NCBI GenBank assembly: GCA_052168235.1
Contig: JBQLZK010000007.1
Span: 32,001-96,000, forward strand
Origin: Thainema sp.
GTDB taxonomy: Bacteria; Cyanobacteriota; Cyanobacteriia; Phormidesmidales; Phormidesmidaceae
Reading direction: 5' to 3'
Length of the DNA: 64,000 nucleotides
Both the position numbers and the translations under genes were made by a program. The number at the start of each line of letters is the position of its first letter. Position 1 is the first letter of the stretch. Below the pieces are notes generated by a model that did no database searches, was not told the origin of the DNA, and saw only the letters and a list, made by a program, of their open reading frames with translations. This document shows, piece by piece, positions 9,384-19,832 of this stretch.

Positions 9384-9581
9384 ATGGTCATTAAAAATAT
9401 CGACGGCGTCGAAATCAAACCCGACACCAGAAATCACAAAGGCTTCTTTATTCAAGAAGGCTCATACAAATTAGTTAGCATCGACGAATCCGGATGGGCA
9501 CTAATTTGTGTGGATGACGCGACTTGCCACTATGTGGATCCAGATAATTTGCAGCTCCCACCCGATTCGGAGATTGTCTAA
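9384..9581 (+). CDS. Small hypothetical protein (65 aa)
   Basis: Isolated ORF after an AT-rich promoter-like region, with a globular beta-rich composition. Confidence 0.6.
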   Translation: MVIKNIDGVEIKPDTRNHKGFFIQEGSYKLVSIDESGWALICVDDATCHYVDPDNLQLPPDSEIV

Positions 9582-9717
9582 GGTTCGTTTGCGACGACAG
9601 CTTACCTAGACTTTATTTATTTCCACAGTGTGGCTATCTCGTTCAGCAGATAGCCATATTTTTTGTTTAAAAGCGCCAATGGTCACCGTAATACGGTGGC
9701 CATTGGCGCTTTGTCCA

Positions 9718-10617
9718 CTAAGACCACAGGCTGAGCTGTGTAGGCGTTTCAGCTTCGACTTGATTCCACGGCAGGGGCGGCACGGGTACGGCATGGCGTT
9801 CGAGTTCTGCCTGGAGATAACGTGCGATCGCAGGTGATTGCACCTCCACCGGACAGTGAGCAAAGAAATAGATGCGGGTTCCCTGCTGAAGCTGAGCGGC
9901 AATCCAATCCACCCAAGCGGCCAGATAATCGCGATTGCGGTCAAACTCCGGATGACTGATATACCGCACCAGGCTGAAGGGAGCCGTCACGACAGGCTGG
10001 TGCGGCACGGCAGGTTTGCGCCGTTGCGAAAACTGCTGTGGATTGTCGTCACACTCATAAACGGGCCGAGTATCCAGCAGCACGCGACCCATCCCCAAAT
10101 CAGCTAACATCCGGTTTAACTGCTCCCGATACGGAGGTTTAAACCAGTCCGAATGCCGCACTTCCAGCGCCAGTTCTGCCTGGTCATGGGGCCATGCTTT
10201 CAGAAACGCCGCCAGATCAGCCAGCAGCGCCGGATTGTAGCTAGGCGGAAGCTGAGCAAAAAATGGCCCAGTGCGATCGCGCAGGGGTGCCATATGCTCC
10301 AAAAACGTAGTAATAGCCGGAATCATTGGCTCCAACAGGCCCGCATGGGTAATGCTCTTCGGCAATTTGGGACAAATGTGAAAACCCGCTGGAGTTTGCT
10401 CCACCCAGCGCTCCTGCGTTGCCTGATCGGGCAGCGCGTAAAAAATGGTATTTCCTTCAACCGCCGTTAATCGCCGACTGTAGAGAGACAAAAAATCTCG
10501 GCTCTGGCTACCCGACGGAAACAGCTCCCCAACCCACTCTTTGTAGCCCCATAGGGCACAGCCAAGCAAGAATTGGGATGTGGGCTGAATGAATGATCGA
10601 GACGAATGACGGCCCAT
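9718..10617 (-). CDS. DUF72 domain protein
   Basis: GCALWGYKEW, AVEGNTIFY, KLPKSITH, QLPPSY, ALEVRH. Confidence 0.9.
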   Translation of the reverse strand: MGRHSSRSFIQPTSQFLLGCALWGYKEWVGELFPSGSQSRDFLSLYSRRLTAVEGNTIFYALPDQATQERWVEQTPAGFHICPKLPKSITHAGLLEPMIPAITTFLEHMAPLRDRTGPFFAQLPPSYNPALLADLAAFLKAWPHDQAELALEVRHSDWFKPPYREQLNRMLADLGMGRVLLDTRPVYECDDNPQQFSQRRKPAVPHQPVVTAPFSLVRYISHPEFDRNRDYLAAWVDWIAAQLQQGTRIYFFAHCPVEVQSPAIARYLQAELERHAVPVPPLPWNQVEAETPTQLSLWS

Positions 10618-11030
10618 TATTTCTGGCTGGCAATGCTGTAGAGTTCGGCATGCATGAACGCAATATCAGGATCGCGCTGGATGGCATGGTAGTAGCGCTG
10701 TTCATTCGCCGTACCATTTTCGTCTGCATGCAGGAGCGATCGCGCTTCGTTAATCAGCTCATTGGCCTGATCAAGGGTCGCTGGATCGCCTTTATTGCTG
10801 AGTAACTCGTCAATTTGGACAATAAACTGCGAAAATGGTCGCAGCCAGCTAAACCACTCGTCTCCGACAACGAGTTGGAAAAATTCGCCTCTATTTCTAA
10901 TTTGGCCGTGCTCCTGTTCATAAGCAACACGCTCGGACTCTAGTAAGGCTTTGTGCAAACGCAGCAAACCATTTCGCAGTTCACGTAAACGATGAAACGG
11001 ACGATCAAGAGAAGAATCAGCGGCAGACAT
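10617..11030 (-). CDS. Hypothetical helical protein coupled to DUF72
   Basis: 137-aa ORF whose stop overlaps the DUF72 start (TAATG). Confidence 0.75.
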   Translation of the reverse strand: MSAADSSLDRPFHRLRELRNGLLRLHKALLESERVAYEQEHGQIRNRGEFFQLVVGDEWFSWLRPFSQFIVQIDELLSNKGDPATLDQANELINEARSLLHADENGTANEQRYYHAIQRDPDIAFMHAELYSIASQK

Positions 11031-11118
11031 CAGTTACTCAACAGTTAATGAACATCATCAAATTACTGTCTCCTATCTTGTCACATCCTTTCATATATAG
11101 CGGTTTGCAACCGCATCA

Positions 11119-11475
11119 TTAAACGCCCAGTTGGCTGCGAATCTCGTCTTCTTTGGCACGAAATCCCACCAGCACAGCGCTACCATCTTTGACAAACAGC
11201 GGACGCTTCAGCAGCATGGCATCTTGGGCAAATGCATCCACCCACTGAGCATCGCTCCAGGTTTTCTTTTCCTCACCCAGTGCTCGGTAAGAACCACCGG
11301 ATGTATTTCGCATGGGCTTCGATCCGAATGCCGTTACCCAATCTGCAATTTGCTCACGGCTGGGTGGCTGCTCTTTGGTGTTAATGAATTCATACTCAAC
11401 TTGATTGTCATCTAACCATTTGAGCGCCTTTTTGCAGGTGCCGCAGTTGGGAATCCCATAAACCTCTAATGTCAT
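11119..11475 (-). CDS. ArsC/Spx/MgsR family protein
   Basis: YGIPNCGTCKKA, NTSGGSYR, LLKRPL. Confidence 0.9.
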   Translation of the reverse strand: MTLEVYGIPNCGTCKKALKWLDDNQVEYEFINTKEQPPSREQIADWVTAFGSKPMRNTSGGSYRALGEEKKTWSDAQWVDAFAQDAMLLKRPLFVKDGSAVLVGFRAKEDEIRSQLGV

Positions 11476-11511
11476 GACTGTTCTATTGCCTTTTGAGACG
11501 ACCCAGGTTTG

Positions 11512-14500
11512 TTATCGCTGGGTTTCGTATGATAGCAGAGTGAAGACCGCTTCAGCCGTCAATGGTTTGGCAAACAGGTAGCCCTGACCCAGTTCACAGT
11601 CGAGTTCCTGTAGCCAATCAAGCTGTTGGGAGGTTTCGATTCCTTCTGCGATCGCATCTATTTCTAGCTGGTTGCTCAGTCCAATAATGGCCTCGACAAT
11701 TTTATAATTCTTGTCTCCCTGTTGCATGGTGCGGACAAAAGACTGATCGATTTTCAAATAATCGGTCGGCAAGTTATAGAGATAGCTGAGCGATGAGTAA
11801 CCTGTACCAAAATCATCGATACTGATTTGGATACCCAGTTCTCTCAGTTGTTCCAGCAGGCCGATTGTGCTCTCAATATCTTTAATCAGCATGCTTTCAG
11901 TAATCTCTAGTGTCAGATATTGAGCCTCCAGCCCGCTGCGTTCCAGACTCTGCACAATAGTTTGCAGTAAATCAGGTTGACGTAAATCCTGAAACGATAA
12001 GTTAATGCTGATCTTGAGATCAGACCGATCCGGAAACTGCGATCGCCATCCGACAAGCTGTTGGCAGGCGGCCTGGAGTAGCCACTGATCGATGGCGACA
12101 ATCAGCCCCGTTTCTTCAGCAATGGGAATAAAATCAGCCGGTGACACCAATCCCTGCGTGGGGTGCTGCCAGCGAATCAGTGCTTCGAATCCAATCAGGG
12201 TTTGAGAACTGAGCGTTACAATCGGCTGATAGTGAATAATGAGTTCTTGCTGATCAATCGCTCGGCGCAGATCATGCTCCAGATTCATCCGCTTCAGCGC
12301 TTGAGTGTGCATATCTGCATCAAAAATTTCATACTTGGCTCGTCCCTGAGCCTTGGCTCGATAGAGGGCAATATCGGCATCTCGAAGCAGATCCGAGGCA
12401 TCGCTATAGGCGGCTGAGCCTAAAACAATGCCGATGCTAGTCGTGGTAAAAATATTGCGCCCATCAATCAGGTGTGCTGTCTCAAACTCTGCAAAGATGC
12501 GCTCCGCGACCTGCACAGCGGTTTGAATTCCTTCAATTTCTTCTAACAGAATGACAAATTCGTCGCCACCGAGACGGGCTGCCAAATCGGTAGTACGCAG
12601 GATGTGCTGTAGTTTACTCGCCACCGTGATCAGTAACTGATCGCCAGCTAGATGCCCCAAGCTATCGTTGATGACTTTGAATTGATCCAAATCGAGGAAT
12701 AGGACGGCAAATTGATAGTCAGGCAATCGCTGGGTGCGGTGAATCGCCAGTTCTAGTCGATTGATCAACAAGCTGCGGTTAGGCAAATCGGTCAGCGCGT
12801 CATGCAGCGCATTGTGAATCAGTTGGGCTTCAACCTGCTTGCGTTCTGTAATATCCAAATTGGCCCCTACCATCCGCCAAGGATGGCCGTTGGCATCTCT
12901 CTGCACCAGCGCATAGGAGGCTATGTGACGGACATTGCCGTCGGGCCAGATGATCCGAAACTCAATTTCATAGTCCTGTTCACCCGCCAGCGCCTTTTGC
13001 TCCATCGCTTGAACTGCCAGTAAATCATCCGCATAAACTCTGGCTTGCCATGCGTCGTAAACACTGCCAAGTTCATCAGGACGGATGCCGTAAATTTCGT
13101 ACATGCGGTCATCCCAGATCAAGCGATCGCTGACCAAATCCAATTCCCAGATGCCCATGTTGGCAGATTTTGCCGCTAGCCCCAGGCGATCGGTCAAATC
13201 CTGAAGCTGATCTTCGGTCTGCTTGCGTTCTGTAATATCCCGTGCCAGGCCGGCTCGTCGCGTCACCTTCCCATCTGCATCAAATACGGGAAAACCGCGA
13301 TCGCGAATCCAGCGAATGCTGCCATCCGGGTGAACCACTCGGTATTCGATTTCAAACGGAACACCGGGCTGGCCAAGAGCCTGATCCACTCGCTGACGAT
13401 CATCAGGATGAATCGTATCAAGAAACCCGCTCGGATCACGCGTCAAACTCTCGCAACTGCGTCCCCAGATTTGTTCGTAGGCTTGGCTGACATAAAGAAG
13501 CTGGTTAATCTCGGCATCGGTTAGCCAAAAGACTTCTTGAATATTTTCGGCCAGTTGGCGAAACTTTTCTTCGCTATCTCGTAAGGCTTGCTCAGCTCGG
13601 CTGCGTTCAGTCGTTTCCACCACAATAATGCCGATGCCGATCGTCTGCTCAGACTCCGACTTCAAGGGAAAATAGGAGGCCAGCCAGGTGCGCGTGACGC
13701 CTGGCAATTTAGGCGTTTCACCAACGACTTCAAATCCAGGCATTGCTTCTCCTTTACTCAAAACCTGCTGGAATACTTCTCTTTGTTTGGGGGCTAGATC
13801 CGGCACGATATCCCACGGCGTTTTACCAATGTGGTCAGCCACTGGAACGCCATTGATTTCGGCTAATGCATCATTAATCAAGGTAAAACGCAACTGATCA
13901 TCCATGACGCAGATCCCAACGGGGGAGCTGCTGACAAACGTATCCAGCAACCGCTGCTGTTCTAGTAAATCTTGCTCTAGCGTTTTGCGATCGCTAATGT
14001 CTAAATTGGCTCCAATCATGCGCAGCGGTTGTCCTGCCGCATCTCGCTGAACTAATGCATACGCTTCAATGTGGCGAATTTCTCCATTGGGCCGAACAAT
14101 TCGAAATTCAATTTCGTAGTCTTTCTCCCCAGTTAACGCTTGTTGCAGGGCCAATTGGCAGGCCGGAAAATCATCGGGGTGGACGCCAGCTTTCCAGGCG
14201 TCGTAGGTTCCGCTGAAATCTTCGGGCCGAATGCCATACAGTTCATACATGCGATCGTCCCAGACCACAAAGTCATGAACAACATCCCAATCCCAACTGC
14301 CCATGCGGGCGGATCTAAAGGCCAGCCGCAGTCGCTCTTCGTTGTTAACTAGCTCAGCATTCAAGGTTTGCAATTGGCCAAACGAAGCCTGCAGTTGGTC
14401 AGCCATTTGACTAAATGATCGGGCCAGCTCGCCCACTGCGCCGTTCCGAGCCGTCATGCCGGTGACTCGCTTTTTGCCTCGCTGAAAATCTCCTTGAGCC

Positions 14501-14940
14501 ACCTCCTTTGCCGCCTGACTAAGTTGCAGTAGCGGTTGAGCCATCCAGCGAACCGTGAGCATACTGGAACCCGCCGCTAATACCAACGCTCCTAAACCAA
14601 ACCAGATGATACTGCGCGTATTGGCATCAACTCCTCCGGCTGGCAAACTGTCATCCGTTTCCCATTGAGTACCGGGATAGTTGCCTTGAACATTGGTGAA
14701 TAAGGTAAAGCGAACTACTTCAATTCCGTGATGCGATCGCACCCAATGCGGGCTAAAGCTACAGAAATCTCTTGGGACATTGGAATACCCAAGTTCAATA
14801 TCACAAACCGCCGTCTGGCCAGTACGAATCGATAACCATCCCGGCAGTCCCGCAGTCGGCGATATGTGAACAACAAAGGGAAAGATGAGAATATGCCGCA
14901 GGGAAACATTCGCTAGCCAACGACTTGCTCGATTTGCCAT
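11512..14940 (-). CDS. HAMP-PAS(x4)-GGDEF-EAL c-di-GMP enzyme with a reduced sensory domain
   Basis: HAMP (QPLLQLSQAA...GELARSFSQM), PAS/PAC repeats, ARLGGDEF, GFEALIRW, IDDFGTGYSSL. Confidence 0.93.
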   Translation of the reverse strand: MANRASRWLANVSLRHILIFPFVVHISPTAGLPGWLSIRTGQTAVCDIELGYSNVPRDFCSFSPHWVRSHHGIEVVRFTLFTNVQGNYPGTQWETDDSLPAGGVDANTRSIIWFGLGALVLAAGSSMLTVRWMAQPLLQLSQAAKEVAQGDFQRGKKRVTGMTARNGAVGELARSFSQMADQLQASFGQLQTLNAELVNNEERLRLAFRSARMGSWDWDVVHDFVVWDDRMYELYGIRPEDFSGTYDAWKAGVHPDDFPACQLALQQALTGEKDYEIEFRIVRPNGEIRHIEAYALVQRDAAGQPLRMIGANLDISDRKTLEQDLLEQQRLLDTFVSSSPVGICVMDDQLRFTLINDALAEINGVPVADHIGKTPWDIVPDLAPKQREVFQQVLSKGEAMPGFEVVGETPKLPGVTRTWLASYFPLKSESEQTIGIGIIVVETTERSRAEQALRDSEEKFRQLAENIQEVFWLTDAEINQLLYVSQAYEQIWGRSCESLTRDPSGFLDTIHPDDRQRVDQALGQPGVPFEIEYRVVHPDGSIRWIRDRGFPVFDADGKVTRRAGLARDITERKQTEDQLQDLTDRLGLAAKSANMGIWELDLVSDRLIWDDRMYEIYGIRPDELGSVYDAWQARVYADDLLAVQAMEQKALAGEQDYEIEFRIIWPDGNVRHIASYALVQRDANGHPWRMVGANLDITERKQVEAQLIHNALHDALTDLPNRSLLINRLELAIHRTQRLPDYQFAVLFLDLDQFKVINDSLGHLAGDQLLITVASKLQHILRTTDLAARLGGDEFVILLEEIEGIQTAVQVAERIFAEFETAHLIDGRNIFTTTSIGIVLGSAAYSDASDLLRDADIALYRAKAQGRAKYEIFDADMHTQALKRMNLEHDLRRAIDQQELIIHYQPIVTLSSQTLIGFEALIRWQHPTQGLVSPADFIPIAEETGLIVAIDQWLLQAACQQLVGWRSQFPDRSDLKISINLSFQDLRQPDLLQTIVQSLERSGLEAQYLTLEITESMLIKDIESTIGLLEQLRELGIQISIDDFGTGYSSLSYLYNLPTDYLKIDQSFVRTMQQGDKNYKIVEAIIGLSNQLEIDAIAEGIETSQQLDWLQELDCELGQGYLFAKPLTAEAVFTLLSYETQR

Positions 14941-15057
14941 GTGAATAGGCTACTGCTCAGAAAATCGCAGAATAACGTCTACACTTAACCTACCCAACCT
15001 AACGGCTGGCAATCGGCGGTATAACTGACCGTTACACGAAGTCCGGTTAAAAACCAA

Positions 15058-15111
15058 TGGTTTAATTTTGTAAAAGCTTTGGCCTAGCCGAACTTTCACA
15101 AAATTAAATCA
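15058..15111. repeat. Imperfect palindrome, ~26-bp arms and 3-nt loop
   Basis: tggtttaattttgtaaaagctttggc-cta-gccgaactttcacaaaattaaatca. Confidence 0.7.
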
Positions 15112-15289
15112 GGTTCTGATACAAGGACTTGATATTACATTGCCCGCTGATTGCACAGAAGAGTCATCAATCAAGCTATTGAGGAACACCAAAAATCTCG
15201 AAATCTCTATCTAGACTAGTCAACCGCTGCGCGAGAAGCAAACCACCACTTTTTTATTTCAACACAAATTAAGGATGTAGAACCACCTC

Positions 15290-15352
15290 TACACCCTTAT
15301 CTACACCTTACCCAATCCCTAACACCCAGCACCCAATACCTATCCCAGCACT
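15290..15352. repeat. Degenerate short tandem repeats (STRR-like)
   Basis: acacccttatctacaccttacccaatccctaacacccagcacccaatacc. Confidence 0.5.
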
Positions 15353-15359
15353 GCCTCAT

Positions 15360-17309
15360 CTACGGACGAGCAAACTCAGAAGGCGGCTTAAAGTACTGCA
15401 CAGGTTGTCCCGCAAGTGCTCGACCCATAAAGTCCTGCCAAATGGGAGCCACATATGTTCCACCGGTCGCACCTGAACCGAGTGGACTGTAATCGTCGTT
15501 ACCGACCCAAACAGCGGTTGCCAGCTGAGGGACATAACCAACAAACCAAACATCCCGTTGTGAGTCAGTGGTTCCCGTTTTACCCGCAGCCGGACGACCA
15601 ATTTGAGCACGAGTACCTGTACCGCTGCTGACCACATCCTGTAGAACGCTGGTCAATGCTGCAGTTGACCAGGGATCAAGAACTAACTGAGGTTTCGGCG
15701 TGTTATCTAGCAATATATCGCCTTGACTGTCGGTCACCTGCACGATAAATGTAGGCGTCGAATGCCAGCCATTGCTGGCGAAGGTAGCATAGGCTCCAGC
15801 CATTTCCATCGGCGTCAGGTCAACGGCACCCAGCGGCAGGGAGATCACTGGATCCATTGGACTCTTGATGCCTAATGTTCGACAAATTTCAATGATCCGG
15901 CTAACGCCGACTTCTTGACCCAGCTTAATCGCTGGAACGTTACGAGACAGCTTCAGCGCCGTCCGAATGCTGATTGGTCCCGAAAATGAACCGTCATAGT
16001 TCCGTGGCGAGTACATTTCATAGCCATCGGGATAGCTGACGGGTGAATCATTAATGGTGGATTCTGGTGTATAGCGACCGGAGGCAAAGGCTGCGTAGTA
16101 AACGAATGGCTTGAAGGCCGAACCCGGCTGACGACGCGCTTGAATCGCTCGGTTGAACTGGCTTTCGTTGTAGTCTAGCCCACCCACCATTGCTTTCACA
16201 TAGTGAGTCCGGGGATCGACTGCTACCAGGGAAATTTGATCAGCACTGCCGTAGAGTGAGGCATGACCTCGGCGCACAGTCTCTTCAGCAATTCGCTGTA
16301 AGCCTAAATCAATCGTTGTCTGAATTCGCATACCACCCTTGAGCAGGGCATCACGGCTAAACTGATCGGAAATTTCCTGAACGACTGCATCTGTAATGTA
16401 GGGTGCAGTGCTGCTGCGGAACGATTGAATTTCACCGATATACAGCGGCTCAACCTTGGCAGCCTCTGCCTGCTCAGGTGTAATCCAGTTCAGCTCTGCC
16501 ATCCGGCTGAGCACGATAGCTTGCCGCTGCTTAGCGATTTGGTAATCCAAAAATGGACTAAACTCTTCCGGAGCCTGAATCAGTCCCGCCATCATGGCCG
16601 ATTCAGCCAAGCTCAGCTCAGATGCGGATTTATTGAAATAGCTTTGAGCTGCCGTTTCTGCTCCGTAGTTGTTGTGTCCCCAATAAACCTGGTTGAGGTA
16701 CATTTCCAGGATCTGGTTCTTCTCAAAAATCTGTTCCAGTCGCAGCGACAAAACCGCTTCAGCGACTTTCCGACTTATAGAGCGCTCAGGGCTGAGAAAG
16801 AGGTTTTTCACCAACTGCATCGTCAGCGTGGATGCACCTTCAACGGTGGAGCCTTCTTCTAAGTTGGCTACGAATGCACGAGCCACACTGCTGGGGTTAA
16901 TGCCCTTGTGGGAGTAGAAGTAGCTGTCTTCAATCGCCAGGACAGCCCGCTTTAGATAAGGTGAAATTTCATCCAGTTCGACGACTTCTCGGTTGGCTTC
17001 ATCGTGGATGCTGGTGAGTAAGGTGCCGTTAACGTCGTAAATATAGGATGTTTCGGTGGGAACGTAGTTGCGCAGCACCCGCACATCGGGCAGATTGCGG
17101 AAGCTGACGGCTAGGCCAACTAATCCACCTGCAGCCAGGGAACTTACCAACATTGTGACGCCCAACAAAGTTCCAGCGGTCACTTGTCCAACGTCTTGTA
17201 CAAAGCTAAGGACACGGGGAAAGGATGGTTGCGGTGCGATCGCAGATCCAGATCCAGAACCTGGTTTTGGGGGATGAGATTGATCTTGTCGGAGGGTATT
17301 GGACGACAC
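15360..17309 (-). CDS. Class A penicillin-binding protein (PBP1A family)
   Basis: Transglycosylase AIEDSYFY, GASTLTMQL, RKVAE; transpeptidase SAFK, SRN, KTGT. Confidence 0.93.
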   Translation of the reverse strand: MSSNTLRQDQSHPPKPGSGSGSAIAPQPSFPRVLSFVQDVGQVTAGTLLGVTMLVSSLAAGGLVGLAVSFRNLPDVRVLRNYVPTETSYIYDVNGTLLTSIHDEANREVVELDEISPYLKRAVLAIEDSYFYSHKGINPSSVARAFVANLEEGSTVEGASTLTMQLVKNLFLSPERSISRKVAEAVLSLRLEQIFEKNQILEMYLNQVYWGHNNYGAETAAQSYFNKSASELSLAESAMMAGLIQAPEEFSPFLDYQIAKQRQAIVLSRMAELNWITPEQAEAAKVEPLYIGEIQSFRSSTAPYITDAVVQEISDQFSRDALLKGGMRIQTTIDLGLQRIAEETVRRGHASLYGSADQISLVAVDPRTHYVKAMVGGLDYNESQFNRAIQARRQPGSAFKPFVYYAAFASGRYTPESTINDSPVSYPDGYEMYSPRNYDGSFSGPISIRTALKLSRNVPAIKLGQEVGVSRIIEICRTLGIKSPMDPVISLPLGAVDLTPMEMAGAYATFASNGWHSTPTFIVQVTDSQGDILLDNTPKPQLVLDPWSTAALTSVLQDVVSSGTGTRAQIGRPAAGKTGTTDSQRDVWFVGYVPQLATAVWVGNDDYSPLGSGATGGTYVAPIWQDFMGRALAGQPVQYFKPPSEFARP

Positions 17310-17676
17310 AGCAGGACTCCTCTCGCCTGAACAATGTGGGTTAATCCTAACGGATGACCATGATCAACGCTTATCGATTGCTCAACAATTGTTGATTATT
17401 AATACGACAGCAAACGAACCCAACAGGGACACTGTAAGGATCGCTAACGTTTATTTGCGTTTAGCCACGTTCTGGCACTCTCGGCTAACCTCGCAATTTA
17501 GAGATGATGCTGACAGTGATAGCAGATGCAGATATCGATAATCAGCCAATCAGCAAATCCCCAACTCAGGCTGCAGAACGAGATTTTTGGCTATAGGTTA
17601 ACGCAAAAATCGTGCGTTCTGTCCATGAGTTATGAAATTATAGTTGGGTCGGGCAATAAGCGTTAAAGATTAATCC

Positions 17677-19086
17677 GTGAACGTAAAGAACCTTGATCAG
17701 ACTGCAGCTTCATTGGTGTCGTCTTCATCGAAAACTTCCTCTAATACTGCGCCTACTGCGCCAAATCCTACATATACGTCGTCAATGGCATCATCGGCTG
17801 TAGGAGAGACATCGGTATCGTCTACTACATCGCTTATGTCATCATCTGTATCATCTACATCGGCCAGTGCAGCCATTCCGGCTGAACTGGCATGGATTTA
17901 TCGGGGCGTTAGCGAAGTATTCCCCGATCAGACCAACTCCGAGAATCCACAGGAGAACTTGCTGGCTTGCCTCACCCAAATCGATCGGCCCCTGCGCGTC
18001 AAACTGGGCATTGATCCGACAGGGTCGGAAATTCACCTGGGACACAGCATTCCCGTCCGTAAGCTCCGGGATTTCCAGGATGCAGGCCATACGGCGATTT
18101 TGCTAATTGGTGACTTTACGGCTCGCATTGGCGATCCCTCCGGCAAATCAGAGGTGCGTAAACAGCTTACAGAAGCCGATGTTGCCCACAATGTCAAAAC
18201 CTACCTCGATCAGGTGCGCCCAATTTTGGACTTCGACACGCCCGGACGGCTCGAAATCCGCTATAACGCCGAGTGGCTGGCGGGACTTGATCTGTCCAAA
18301 ATTTTGGAACTGCTCACAACGATGACCGTCGGCCAGATGCTAGCCAAAGAAGGTTTCGCTGAGCGGATGGCGCAGGAAAAGCCGATCTATTTACATGAGT
18401 TTCTCTATCCGCTCATGCAGGGTTACGATTCGGTGGCGCTGGAAGCCGATGTTGAACTGGGCGGCACCGACCAGAAATTTAACATCGCCGTCGGTCGCGA
18501 TTTACAGCGTCACTTCGGGCAGCGTCCCCAGTTCGGTATGCTAATGCCGCTGCTGCTGGGGACAGATGGCACTCAAAAGATGTCGAAGTCCCTCGGTAAC
18601 TACATTGGTTTGCAGGAAGATCCGCTGACCATGTATTCCAAACTGGAAAAGGTGCCGGATACTCTGATCGAAAGCTACTTTGAGTTACTAACCAAGCAGG
18701 ATTTGTCCCAGCTGCCAGAAAATCCCCGCGATCGCCAAAAGCTACTGGCGCTCGATGTTGTCACCCAGTTCCACGGTGAAGCTGCGGCGAAACAAGCGCA
18801 AAAGGATGCAGAAGCCATTGTCCAAGGTGGTGGAGCGGATGCAGCCGCCAATGTGCCTGAATTTTCCCTCAGCCAAGTCGAGTTTCCGGCCAAGCTGTTT
18901 TACATTCTGAACGCTAGCGGTCTTTGTGCCAGCAGCAGCGAAGCCCGTCGCCAGATCAAAGGGGGGGCGGTGAAGCTAGAGGGCGATCGCATTTCGGATG
19001 ACAACTATGCAGCCGATATGCCTGATGATCTGGCTGGCAAAGTGCTCCAGGTGGGCAAAAAGAAATTTGTCCGCCTCGTGAAATAG
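17677..19086 (+). CDS. tyrS: Tyrosyl-tRNA synthetase (start uncertain)
   Basis: [35 protein letters not shown]-terminal S4-like domain. Confidence 0.96.
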   Translation: MNVKNLDQTAASLVSSSSKTSSNTAPTAPNPTYTSSMASSAVGETSVSSTTSLMSSSVSSTSASAAIPAELAWIYRGVSEVFPDQTNSENPQENLLACLTQIDRPLRVKLGIDPTGSEIHLGHSIPVRKLRDFQDAGHTAILLIGDFTARIGDPSGKSEVRKQLTEADVAHNVKTYLDQVRPILDFDTPGRLEIRYNAEWLAGLDLSKILELLTTMTVGQMLAKEGFAERMAQEKPIYLHEFLYPLMQGYDSVALEADVELGGTDQKFNIAVGRDLQRHFGQRPQFGMLMPLLLGTDGTQKMSKSLGNYIGLQEDPLTMYSKLEKVPDTLIESYFELLTKQDLSQLPENPRDRQKLLALDVVTQFHGEAAAKQAQKDAEAIVQGGGADAAANVPEFSLSQVEFPAKLFYILNASGLCASSSEARRQIKGGAVKLEGDRISDDNYAADMPDDLAGKVLQVGKKKFVRLVK

Positions 19087-19096
19087 TGAAAAACGT

Positions 19097-19807
19097 ATGA
19101 CACCAACAGAAAAAATTATTGTGGCGCTGGATGTGCCGACGGAAGCCGCTGCGATCGCACTTGTCGATCAGCTGCCACACGCTTCTTTCTTTAAGGTCGG
19201 GCTGGAGCTATTCATTAGCGCTGGGCCAAGCATTCTCGCCCAGCTGAAGGATCGGCAGAAGCAGATCTTTCTTGACCTCAAGCTGCACGACATTCCCAAC
19301 ACGATGGCGGGTGCCTGTCGCGTAGCGGCCCGGTACGGCGTAGACTTGCTGACGGTGCATGCGACCGCAGGCAAGGTGGCCCTGGAAGCTGCTGTAGAAG
19401 CGGCTCAGGCTGGAGCCGATCAGGCGGGGATACAGCCGCCCAATATGATTGCGGTCACCTTACTCACCAGTATCAGTTCCCGCCAACTAGCGTTTGACCT
19501 CAAAGTGCCGCTGGAGTTGCCCGATTACGTGCTGCAAATGGCGCTGTTGGCCCAGGACAGCGGTCTAGCAGGTGTGGTCTGCTCACCGCAGGAAGTGGCA
19601 GATCTAAAACGGAGCCTAAATTCTGGCTTTCTGTTTGTCTGTCCCGGTGTGCGACCCTCTTGGGCGGCCAAGGGAGATCAAGCGCGATCGCAAACTCCGG
19701 CAGAGACCGTAAAGGCAGGTGCAACGCATTTGGTAATTGGCCGACCGATTACGGCAGCAGATGATCCGGCAGCGGCATTTGAGCGTATTTGTGAGGAATT
19801 GGCGTAG
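19097..19807 (+). CDS. pyrF: Orotidine-5'-phosphate decarboxylase
   Basis: [29 protein letters not shown]. Confidence 0.97.
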   Translation: MTPTEKIIVALDVPTEAAAIALVDQLPHASFFKVGLELFISAGPSILAQLKDRQKQIFLDLKLHDIPNTMAGACRVAARYGVDLLTVHATAGKVALEAAVEAAQAGADQAGIQPPNMIAVTLLTSISSRQLAFDLKVPLELPDYVLQMALLAQDSGLAGVVCSPQEVADLKRSLNSGFLFVCPGVRPSWAAKGDQARSQTPAETVKAGATHLVIGRPITAADDPAAAFERICEELA

Positions 19808-19832
19808 TTCGATTTTGGATTTTGGCGTTGAT

